Assembly (NCBI RefSeq): GCF_009914755.1
Contig: NC_060931.1
Direction: 5' to 3' (one strand)
Origin: the human T2T-CHM13v2.0 reference genome, Homo sapiens
DNA length: 64,000 bases
How positions within the stretch are numbered: the stretch's first letter is position 1; each line of letters begins with the position of its first letter. Under the pieces are notes generated by a model. It did not search any database, was not told the origin of the DNA, and was given only the letters and a program-made list of their open reading frames with translations. Positions 28,500-40,494 of this stretch are shown here, piece by piece. The position numbers and the translations under genes are program-made.

Positions 28500-31400
28500 C
28501 TTTTTTAATGTTCAAATGATATTTTTATTTATATTTTTAATTTTTACAGGTACTTAGTAGGTATATATATTTATGGGGTATGTGAGATATTTTGTTACAG
28601 GCATTCAATGTGTAGTAATTACATCAGGGTAAGTAAGGATCCATCGCCTCAAGCATTTATCATTTCTTTGTGTTACAGACATTCCGATTATACTGTTTTA
28701 GTTCTTTTAAAATGTATAAGAGATCAATGTTGAATGTACACAACTTTTTGTGCTATCAAGTACTAGGTCTTATTTATTCCATCTAACTATATACTTTTCT
28801 GCCCATTAACAATCTCCACTTACTCTCATCCCACCACTCACTACCCTTCCCAGCCTCTGGTAACCATCCTTCTACTCTCCATCTCCCTGAGTTTAATTGT
28901 TTTAATTTTTGGCTCCCACAAATGAGTGAGAGCATGCAAAATTTGTTTTTGTGTGCCTTATTTATTTCACTTAATATATTCTACAGTTCCATCTATGTTG
29001 TTGAAAATGACAGGATGTCATCCCTTTCCTTTTTTATGGCTGAATAGTACTCCATTGTGCATATGTACCACATTTTCTTTATCTCTCTGTTGATGGACAC
29101 ACAAGTTAATTCCAAATTTTGCTTACTGTGAATAGTGCTGCAATAAACATGGGAGTATAGGTATCTCTTCAACATACTCATTTACTTTCTTCTGGGTATA
29201 TACTTAAAAGTTAGATTGCTGGATCTTATGGTAGTTCTATTTTTGCTTTTTTGAGGAACCTCCATAGTACTCTCCATAGTAGCTGTACTAATTTACATAC
29301 CCACCAACAGGGTATGAGGGTTTCCTTTTCCATATCTTTGCCAACATTTGTTATTGCCTGTCTTTTGTATAAAAAACACATAACTAGGGTGACATTATAA
29401 CTCATTTTAGTTTTGATTTGCATTCCTATGATGTTCAAGGATGTAGAGTGCCTTTTTACATACCTGTATGCCATGTTTATGTCTACTTTTGAGAAATGTC
29501 TATTCAGATATTTTGCCAATTTTTAAATTGAAACATTATTTTTCTATTGAGTTGTTTGAGCTCCTTATATATTCTACTTATTAAATTCTTGTCAGATGGA
29601 TAGTTTGCAAATATTTTCCCTCATTTTGTGCATTGTTTCTTCACTTTGTTGATTGTTTCCTTTGCCATGCAGAAGCTTTTTAAGTTGATGTGATCTTATT
29701 TATCCATGTTTGCTTTGGTTGCCTGTGCTCAATAAATCTTTGCCCAGACTAATGACCTGGAGAGTTTCCCCAAAGTTTTCTTTTCATATTTTTATGGTTG
29801 GAGGTCTTAATTTAAGTCTTTAATTCATTTTGTTTTGATTTTTTCATATGATGAGCAATAGGGGCCTAGTTTTATTCTTCTGCATATGGATATCCAATTT
29901 TCTCAGCACCATTTATTGAAGACTGTCCTTTCCCTAATGTATGTTCTTGGCACCTTTGTCGAAAATGAGTTCATTGTAGATGTAGGGATATTTTTTTCCG
30001 GGTGCTCCATTCTATTTCATTGGTCTATGTGTTTTTATGTCAGTACCATGCTCTTTTGGTTGCTATATTTCAGTAAGATAATTTGAAGCTAGGTAATGTG
30101 ATTCTTCCAGTTTTGTTCTTTTTGCTCAGGATAGCTTTGGCTATTCTAGCTCTGTGATTCCATATACATTTTAGGATGACTGTTGCTATTTCTGTGAAGA
30201 AGTTCATTGGTATTTTGGCAGGGATGCATTCAATGTGTAGATTGCTTTTGGTAGTATGCACATTTTAACAATATTAACTCTTCCAATCCATGAGCATAAA
30301 ATATCTTTTCACTTTCTGTGTCCTTTTCAATATTTTTCATCAATATTTTATAATTTTTATTGTAGCAATCTTTCACTTATTTGGTTAAATGTATTCCTAG
30401 GTATTTTATTTTGTTTATAGCTTTTGTAAATTAGATTACTTTCTTGATTTCTTTTTCATATTGTTCACATTTAAATGCTACCAATTTTTCTATAATGACT
30501 TTGTATCCAGCATCTTTAATGAATTTGTTGATTAGTTCTAATAGTTTCTGGTAGATTACTTAGATTTTTCCCAAATATAAGATCATATCATCTGAAAACA
30601 AGGATAATTTGACTTCCTATCAAGTTTGGAGGCTCTCAATTTCTTTCTCATGTCTAATTGCTCTAATTAGGACTTCCAGTATGATGTTGAATAACAGTGC
30701 TGAAAGTGAGCCTCCATGTTGTGCTCTAGATCTTAGAGGAAAGGCTTTCAGTTTCTCCCCATTCATGATACCATGAATGGGTATCATGGTATATGGGTGT
30801 ATGGTCTGTATATGGGTCTGTCATATACAGCTTTTATTGTGTAGAGGTATGTTCATTCCATACCCAGTTTTTTGAGGGATTTGTTTTTAATCATGAAGAG
30901 AGGTTGAATTTTATGAAATGTCTTGTCAGTATCAGTTGAAGTGATCATATGATTGTGTTTTTCATTCTGTTGATATGATGTAGCACATTGACTGACTTGC
31001 ATATGTTAAACCATCTTTGCGTGATTGGAATAAATCTCACTTGGTCATGATGAATGATCTTTTTAATGTGTTGTTGAATTTATTTTTAAAAAATATTTTT
31101 TTGAGGATTTTTGCATCAGTGTTTATCAGAAATATTGGCCTGTGGTTTTCTTTCTTTTCTTTTTTTTCTTTCTTTCTTTCTTTCTTTTTTTTTTTTTTTT
31201 TCATGTTTCCTTGCCTGGTTTTGGTATTAGGGTAATACTAGCCTCACTGAACAAGTTTGGAAGTATTTCATTTTTCTCTATTTTTTGGAATAGTTTGAGT
31301 AGGATTGGTATTAGTTCTTTAAAAGTTTGGTGTAATTCAGCTGTGAAGTTATATGATCCCAAGTTTTTCCTTGGTGGGAGACTTTTTATTACAGCCTTGA

Positions 31401-34400
31401 TCTCATTATTTGTTATTCATCTTCTCAGGTTTTGAATATCTTCATGGTTCAATCTTGGTAGGTTGTATGTATGTAGAATTTGGCCATTTCTTCTAGGTTT
31501 TCAAATTAACTGGCATATAGTTGCTCATAGTAGTCTGTAATGATTATTTGAATTTCTGTGGCATTAGTTGTAATATCTCCTTTTTCCTGTCTGATTTTAT
31601 TTACTTCAGTCTTCTCCTTTTTTTGTTAGTCTGGCTAAGCTTTTGTTTATTTTGCTTATCTTTTCAAGAAGAAACTTCATTTCATTGATATTTTGTATTT
31701 TTTGTTCGAATTTATTTCTGCTCTGATTTATATTTTCTCTACTAATTTTGGGAATAGTTTGCTTTTGCTTTTTTAGTTATTTAAGATGCATCATTAGGTT
31801 GTTTATTTGAAGTTTATCTTCTTTTTTGACATAAGCACTTATAGCTAAAACATAAACTTTCCTCTTAGTACTACCTTAGCTGTATCTCACAGGTATTGGT
31901 GTGTTGTGTTTTCATTTTCATTTAAGACACTTTAAAAATTTTTCTTCTTAATTTCTTCATTGGCTCACTGGTCTTTTAGAAGCATATTGTTCAATTACCA
32001 TGCGTTTGTATAGTTTCTGAAGTTCCTCTTGTTACTGATTTGTAGTTTTATTCCCTTGTGATTAGATACTTGATGTGATTTCCATTTTTTCGAATGTTTT
32101 AATGCTCGTTTTGTGGCCAAATATGTTATATCCTTAAGAATTTTACATGTGCTGAGGACAATGTGTATTCTGCAGCCATTGAATGACATGTTATATAGAC
32201 ATCTATTAGGTCCATTTGGTCAATACTGCAGAATAAGTCTTAGGTTTCTTTGTTGATTATCTGTCTAGGTGATCTGTTCAATGATGAAAATGGGGTGTTG
32301 AATTCTCCAGCTATTATTGTGTTGAGGTCTCTCTCTTTGGCTCTAATAATATTTGCTTTATATTGGCCAGGTGCGTTGCTCACGCCTGTAATCCCAGCAC
32401 TTTTGGAGGCCAAGGCGGGCGGATCACGAGGTCAAGAGAATGGCATGAACCTGGGAGGCAGAGCTTACAGTGAGCCGACACAGCGCCACTGCACTCCAGC
32501 CTGGGTGACAGAGCGAGACTCTGTCTCAAAAAAAAAAAAGAACAAAAAACAAATATTTGCTTTATGTTTATAATTACTATATCCTCTTGATGAATTGACC
32601 CCTTTATCAATATTTAATGACATTTTTGTCTCCTTTTTTGTTTGTTGTCTTGAAATTTATTTTATTTGCTATAAATATAGCTGCTCCTGCTTTGTGGCTT
32701 CTATTTGCATGAAGTATCTTTTTCTATTCTTTCATTTTTAGTCTTTGTGTGTCTCTATAGGTGAAGTATATTTCTTGTAGGCAGCAGATTGTTGGGATTG
32801 CATTTCATCCATTTACATACTCTATGTCTTTTGATTGGGTAGTTTCATCCATTTACATTTGAGGTTATTATCGATAAGCAAGGATTTACTCCTGCCATTT
32901 TTTTTTTTCTGGTGGTTTTGTGGTTTCTTTTCCTTCCTTTCTTCCTTCCTTCTTATAAAATTTATTTTTTATAGTGCTATATTTTAATTTCTTGATTTTT
33001 ATTTTTTGTGTATCTGTTGTAGTTTTTAAAATTTGAGAGGACTATGAAGCTTGCAAATTACTTCTTATAACCCATCATTTTAAACTGATGGTGACACTGA
33101 TTGCAAAAACAAACAATAAAACATGCAAAGTGAAAACTAATAAAAACTCTACACTTTAACTTCATCTTTCCACTTTTTGACTTTTGTTTCTTTTTGTGTC
33201 TTATTATACTGTTTATATCTTGAAAAGTTGTCACAGTTATTATTTTTGATCATTTCATCTTTAAGTCTTTCTACTCAAGATATGAGAAGTTTAGATACCA
33301 CAATTACGGTGTTATAATATTCATATTTTTCTTTGTGCTTACTATTCCCAGTGAGCTTTTTGCATTTAAAAGATTTCTTATTGCTTATTAACATCTGTTT
33401 CTTTCATATTGAATAGCTCTCTTTAGCATTTCCTGCAGAACAGGTCTCCTGTTTATAAAATCCTTCACCTTTTGTTCATCTGGGAAAGTCTTTATCTCTC
33501 CTTCATGTTTGAAGGATATTTTTCTGGAACAATTGATTCTAAGAGAAAATATTTTTTCCTTCAGCATTTAAAATATGTCATGCCACTCTCCTAACCTGTA
33601 AGGTTTCTATTGATAAGTCTGTTGTCAGATATTTTGGAACTTCTTTGTATGTATTTGTTTCTTTTGTCACTTTTAGGATTCTTTCTTTATCCTTGGCCTT
33701 TGGGAGCTTGATTACTAAATGTTTTGAGGTAGTTTTATTTGGGTTAAATCTGCATGGTATTTAATAACCTTCTTGTACTTGGATATTGATATCTTTCTCT
33801 AGGTTTGAGAAGTTCTCTGTTATTATCTCTTTGAATAAACTTTCTACTCCAATCTCTCTACTTCCACTGTAAGGCCAATAACTTAGATTTGCCCTTTTGA
33901 GGCTACTTCCTACATTCGTAGGCATGTTGAATTCTTTTATATTCTTTTTTTGTCTCCTCCGACTGTCTTTAAGCTCACTATTTCTTTCTTCTGTTAAAAA
34001 AAAAATCTGCTATTGAGAGACTCTGATGCATTCTTCAGTATAGCAATTAAATTTTTCAGCTCCAGAATTTGGTTGATTTTTTAAAAGTATTTAAATCTTT
34101 CTGTTAAATTTATCTCATATAATTAATTCCTAATCTGTGGTATCTTGAATTTTGTTTAACTTTCTTAAAACAGCTATTTTAACTTATCTGCCTGAAAGGT
34201 CACATATTTCTGACACTCCAGGATTAGTCACTGGTGCCTTACTTGGTTTGTTTTGTGAGGTCATGATTTTCTGGATGATCTTGATGCTTGTGGGTGTTCA
34301 TCAATGTGTGGGCATTGACGACTTATGTATTTGTTGTCCTCATCACAGTCTGGGCTTGTTTGTACACGTGTTTCTTTAGAAGACTTTCCAAATATTCAAA

Positions 34401-36376
34401 GGGAATTGTGTGTTGTGATCTAAGTTTGGTCTCTGCAGCCACATCTGCATTAGAGGGTGCCCCAAGCCCAGTAACACTGTGACTCTTATTGACTTGTAGA
34501 GATACTTCCCTGGTCATCTTGGCTACTATCCTGGAGAATTACCCAGATTATCATTCAGAGTCTCTTGTCCTCTTCCCTTACCTTTTCCTAAACTAACTGA
34601 GTCTCTTTCTCCATGCTATCCTGCCTGGAGTTTGGGGAGGAGTGAAACAGGAGTCCCTGTGTCCACCACACTGGGACCATGCTGGGCCAGACTTGACGTC
34701 AGCACAGTACTGAGTCTCACCCAAAGCCTGTGTTGACTATTGCTTAGCTACCATTGAGATTTATTCAAGGTCCAAGGGCTCTTTAGATAGCAGATGGTAA
34801 AGCCAGCCAGGGTTGTGTCTTTCTCTGCAGGGCAACAGGTTCCTTTCTGGCCCAGGGTTGGTCTAGAAATGCTGTCTGATAGCTAGGGCCTGAAGTCAGG
34901 AACATTAGGAATTTACTTGGTGCTTTAGTTTGCTGCAGCTGAACTTATACCCAAATTGAAAGACTAAGTCCTTTTTACTCTTCTGTTTCCTTTCATCAAG
35001 CAGAGTGAGTCTTGCCCCATGTTCACGCCCACCCCAGGCCAATGGTGGGTACTGCCTGAATCCTGATAATGCATATTCAAGACCCAAGAAAGAACTGGGT
35101 CCTTTCTTTCAAGGCAATGGGCTCCCTCCTGGCTCAAGGTGTGTCTAGAAATGTTGTCCAAGAGCTAAGCCTACAATGGGGGTTTCAGGACTCTGCTTGG
35201 TGCTTTATTTTACTGTAGCTAAGCTGTTATCCAAGTTGTATGACAAAGACTTCTTTACTCCTCTCCTTCCTCTGCTCAAGTGGAAGAAAATAGTCTCTCC
35301 TGGAAATGTTAGCTGCACTGCCTGGGGTTAGGGAAAGGGTGATGCAAGCACTCTCCTGGCTGCCCTGGCTGGTGTCTCACTAGGTCATGTGCCCTGTGAA
35401 CAGAGGACAGCACCAAGACTTGCCCAGGAATTGCATTCCTTGTGATCTAGAATGCCTTTTGTGTTTATTTAGGACACCAGAGTGCTTTAGCCTGTGGTAA
35501 TGAGGCTAACTGGAACTCAGGTTCTGACAAGTGAGATGGGGAGTCACCCTCTGGCTAGTGCTGGCCTGAATGCTCCCTCTGTGGGTATTGGTCTGAAATG
35601 GGGGCCTTAAAACTCTGCCTGGTACCCTACTCTACTGTGGCTGAGCTAGTATCCAAGTTGAAAGGTAATGTCCTCCTTATTCTCCCCTATCTTTTCCTCA
35701 AGTGGAAGGAAAGAGTCTCTTCCTAAACTGTGAGCTGCACTATCTAGGGTTGGGGATGGGGTAACATAAGCACTCCCTTGGCTGCCCCAGTTGGTGTCTC
35801 ACTGGGTTGTGTGAACCCCAAGTCCACTGACTGCAAGCCCAGCATGGCACCAGGACTTGCCTAGGAATTGCATTCCTTGTGGCTTAGACATTCTTTCAAA
35901 TTTACGTAGGACCCCAGCGCACTTTAGCCCATGTTGACGGGGCTAGCCATAACTTATGTTCTGACTTCTGGGATGGACAATTCCTCTCTGGCTAGGGCTA
36001 GTCTAAATGCTGCCACCATGAGTGCAGGCCAAATTATGCCTTGTGTTGCTTGCGCTATAATAGAGCAGCACTGAGTTCCAATGCAATGTCCCACGGTCCC
36101 TGCAGTCTCCCTTCCCCAAGCACACAGATTATTTCTTCGTGCCATGCAGACACTTCTGCGGAATGGGGGAGGGGTGGTCTCCACAATTCAAGACTGTCTT
36201 TCTTCAGTGGCTCTTTCCTTGATATCATGTTAAAACCAGGTACTGTGATTGCTCACCTTGTTTTCAATTCTTATGAAGTTATTTTTTGTGAGGATAGTTG
36301 CTCAATTTGCTATTCCTATAGGGGTTAAAAATCACTAAAGGATTCTATTTAGCCATCTTGTTTTGCCTACTCCCTT
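28500..36376 (-). mobile_element. Apparently full-length L1MA2/3-like LINE-1 (decayed)
   Basis: T-rich tail and L1MA 3' UTR at ~28500-28950. ORF2 remnants in ORFs 28993, 29226, 30070, 31995. ORF1 region ~33350-34250; repeat-containing 5' UTR ~34250-36376. 5' end (minus) AAGGGAGTAGGCAAAACAAGATGGCT carries a YY1-type core. Degenerate TSD aatattctatt (28486-28496)/aaagttctatt (36377-36387). Confidence 0.85.
32365..32551 (+). mobile_element. AluY-type element collapsed to a left/right chimeric monomer
   Basis: Left arm up to ggatcacgaggtcaagag joins right-arm aatggcatgaacc..gagcttacag. 17-bp TSD aatatttgctttatatt (32348-32364)/aatatttgctttatgtt (32552-32568). Confidence 0.92.
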
Positions 36377-36490
36377 AAAGTTCTATTGATCGGGTTGCTG
36401 GCTATAAGGATGTGTTTACTTCATGAAAACTCACTGATCTTATGATTTGTTCCCTTATTGTGTATAATTTATGTTGTAATAAAATATGCA
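36377..36490 (+). mobile_element. L1ME-type 3' end (right part)
   Basis: Continues the 28015-28496 fragment and ends in aataaaa. Confidence 0.65.
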
Positions 36491-39400
36491 CTTTAAAAAA
36501 TTTGTGTGCTAAGAGCAACATCCTAAGAGACCCTTTATATACCAGTTTATTCTCTATTTTGAACCAGACCAATAGAATGCTTTAATATTTCAACCTGTAA
36601 TCTTTCTGAATTGACAACTAATTGAAATGGAAACTGCAGCAAATTAACATTGAGCAGATGACATTTAATTCAAACAGTATCAAATAGGAAATTACCCTTT
36701 CTTTAAAGTGCTATTACAAAGAGGTATGCTACCTAATCATAGATATTAAATCACTAATTTTTATTCATTCTGTTTTCAAGAAGCATAGTATTGTGGATAT
36801 AATTTATGCGTCTAAAATTGAGATGCCATGTAAAAGACACTTAGAGATATGTTAAAGCACTTATTCCGAAGACTAAGCTAATTTGAATTTGACCTTTTCA
36901 GCAATCAAAATTCTGCTAATACAGCATATTTTCCTGTTCATAAAAAGATATGTGACAATAGAAAAATTTAGTTCAATATATATCAAAACATGGAGAGGGA
37001 AGACTAACACAGTTGTAGCTACTGTCCTTGATAATCCCATGATAATAAAAACCCCATTAATATTTCCCTCTTGCTGTTGACCAACACTCTTGAGGGAATG
37101 TGTTTTCTAATTAATTATCAGAAGCACAATTTTGAAATTACATAAAAGAAGAACAATTAAGTTCACTTTTTCTTGATGACCTTGTACAAAATAAACTTGC
37201 CCATTACTCCAGAGAACTCAAAAAGGAGCTGAGTTTCTTCTCTCCATTACTGTAACAGTAGGTAGTATAGAGCTGTGCAATGGTTATGGAAAATTATTAT
37301 TCTCTGGAAATTATTAGAATTGAATGGAATGTTTTTATTGCTGATTCATATACTCTGATTTGAGCGCCAATCATCTGCTTCTGCACAGGATTGTACTTTG
37401 GTTACATCTAGAGTTACTTTGCCCATTTCTTAGGGGAAGATATTTTTTCAAAAACATATATGAGTGCATTGCATGTCTACTCTGCACCAGAAAATTTGTT
37501 AAATTCTAGCAAGATACTGGAATGAATGCATTATCTGTGTTTTCAATAAATTTATACTAAAGACAAGGCATAAATGCAAGGAAGAAATTAAGAAATTGAT
37601 ACAGGTTATATGTAAAGAATAAAATACAATGGGGGCTCATGTCTGGTAAAAATTAGTTTTGGCAAAAGTGACCGGAGAAGGCTAATAAGTTGAGCCTTTC
37701 ATGTTGGCTAAAATATAAACATGTGGCAATAGGAGGATAGCATTCCTGGAAGAAGAGTTAGAACAAGGTGCAGTGGAGAAAAAAAATGGGTATTAATAGT
37801 AATAATGAGTCATAAACCTTGACAGGAACATAAGCTATGTATGGGAGCACCCTGAGGAACAGACCAAAAAGTGTACCGAAGCCAGATCCTGGAGAAATTA
37901 AACATTTGTATGTTGTTCATTAGATAAGTGACCTAAATGGTATTCATTTTATGGTAATTATATTTAAATTAAACTAGAGAGTAAAAAAAAAGATCCTAAA
38001 AACGCCAAAGAAGTAATCGAATTTGGTCTGTTCATCTATGCAGGAGAAAAGTAAGGATAAATACTGATATTAAAAAGTCTGCAAAAATCATTTTCTTTTA
38101 AAAATTATTTGTTCTTTCTCTCAGGGAGAAATGCTGTAGATTTCTTTCCAATGTGCCTAAACATTTTTCCCCTTAGCTTCAAATACTGCATTCCTAAGTA
38201 CATCCACAAGTTCAGGTAGAGCAAATCTTAGATGTGTATAAAAAGTTGAATGATTTTAATTTTCAAATAATACCTTCTTTTATGGCACAATGGCTGTGAC
38301 AAGATTAGCCAGAATCACAGCACTCATTTTATGAAGAAAAATATGAAGTCAGTGACAGTCATTTTATTTATGCGTCTGTCTGCACATTCACGTCTAAATC
38401 CTTCTGGCATTTGAATATACAGCTTCCAAATTCAGGATCTTGTCGGGAGGCATGAGTCATTCAGAATCCAGCAGAAATGACAAGCGCTGGAAAATCTTTT
38501 TGTGGGTCCTTAATTTCAGTCTTTTATAGAGTTAGCCTTTTTATAAGCTGATGTCACTGTGGAACCAAGCAAACACCAGTAAACAGGCAAACAGCTTCTT
38601 GGCTCTCTAACATGCAAAGGCTGGTCTGGTCTAAGATTAGACATATGGAGGCCGGCTCCAAATTAAATCAGAATAGAATGATGGAATCATTTAGTTTGTG
38701 ATGTAAGGAGCCCTTAGAGATGGCCTACTTGAGCATTGACACTGTGCAGACATGTTGTGGAGTACTATGGACAAACTTATGGAGTGGTAGGACTGCAATC
38801 TCACACACACATATTTTAATCAAAGCAATGTCCTCTGATCTGATCTAATTTAAATACATTTCTAGATTTTCATCTGATGAATAATTCAGAAATCTGCAAA
38901 CCAAGTCCAGCAGCTTATGGAATCCAGGTTCTAGATTCATCTTATAGATTATGCAACAGTTAGAAAAAGAATAAATGGCATGTGTAGGATCACAGGTTAT
39001 TTCCCCTCAGCCTTCTCTTAGAGAAGAAAAAATGGTTAACAATGTAGTCTGTAGTATTTATGATAGCGTAAGTTAACTTTAAATGTCAGTTCTTTCTCTT
39101 GTTAAGTTCTTTATCAGTTTCGTGTTCATGTGATTTCATGCTTTCTATTTATTAATAATAATTTAGTGCATATGTTTCTCTTTTATTTAAGGAATACTCA
39201 TAATTCTCTCCCTTTACTACAGAAATGGATTTGATCACTGATTTCTGTTGTTTCTATCACTCTGTGTTATCTTTATGCAAGTTATTCTATCCACCTTTTA
39301 TCATTTTTAGGAAGTGACTCAAGTTACTCTAGAGAGCTATATTTGGAACAACCCACAAGTTATGTATGAACTTAGATACCAATTTAATATCCATATTATA

Positions 39401-40172
39401 ATTAACATATTTGCCAAAACTAATTGAAATGTACATTTTGACAAAAACGTGTATATTCCTATGGGCAACTAGACAGAATATTTGACTGTTCCAGAAAATC
39501 TGGGAGAAAATTTTAATATATTTATGTGGATTTAACAGTGACTTGGCTTAGACAGGTCTTAAGTCAACAGTGACTTAGCTAATGACTTAGACTGACAAGT
39601 ATTGATCAATGATAAGTATCCATTATTGAATTATGGACTCTAAGGGATACAAAATAAGTAGCAGAAAGAATCTTCTCAATTTTACAAAATAATGAGCAAA
39701 ATAAAGCATATTTAAAGATAGCAATTAGAGAATGATACACAAATGTAATTACAGCTTACCATATATGTGAACAGATCGATTTCAGAAAGTGAAAGAGAGT
39801 TTGGGACAAGGAGTCCATTAAACACATGGCTGAAGCTATAAACTTGATTTGGACTTTGAAGGAAAAATGTAGTTTGGATATAGTACCTAACACAGAAGTC
39901 TTACGCATAGAAGATACAAAATATTTCTTGAAGTAAACATTCTTCCAGAGAAGCAGGAAAAGCATGGAGTGACCATGAAGTTTCACTGTTCCTATAAAAC
40001 AGTGGGAACAGAGAGAACACCCCTGTGCCATAGTAACTCTGAACCTTTTCTGTGTACCTTAGACTTACCCATTTATAAAACAGTTAGTCCAGTAAATAGT
40101 GAAAGTGAGAGAAAGTTCGTCTTCAAGTCTCAAAGTAAGCTACTAAAACGACGTATTGAAAAGACAGGATCT

Positions 40173-40494
40173 GGTCGGGCGCGGTGGCTCATGCTTGTAA
40201 TCCCCGCACTTTGAAAGGACGAGGCAGGTGGATCAACTGAGGTTGGGAGTTAGAGACAAGCCTGGCCAACATGGTGAAAACCTGTCTTACTAAAAATACA
40301 CAAATTAGCCAGATGTGGTGGCTTCTGCCTGTAATCCCAGCTACTTGGGAAGCTGAAGCATGAAAATCGCGTGAATCCTGGAGACGGAGGTTGCAGTGAG
40401 CCAAAATCACACCACTGCACTCCAGCCTCAGACTACTGACTGCATTCCAGCAACAGACTGAGACCCTGTCTCAATAAGAAAAAAAGAAAAAAAA
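40173..40494 (+). mobile_element. AluS with a 22-nt templated insertion near the 3' end
   Basis: Full dimer; degenerate TSD aaaagacaggatct/aaaagacacaattt; anomalous cagactactgactgcattccag at 40429-40450. Confidence 0.92.
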
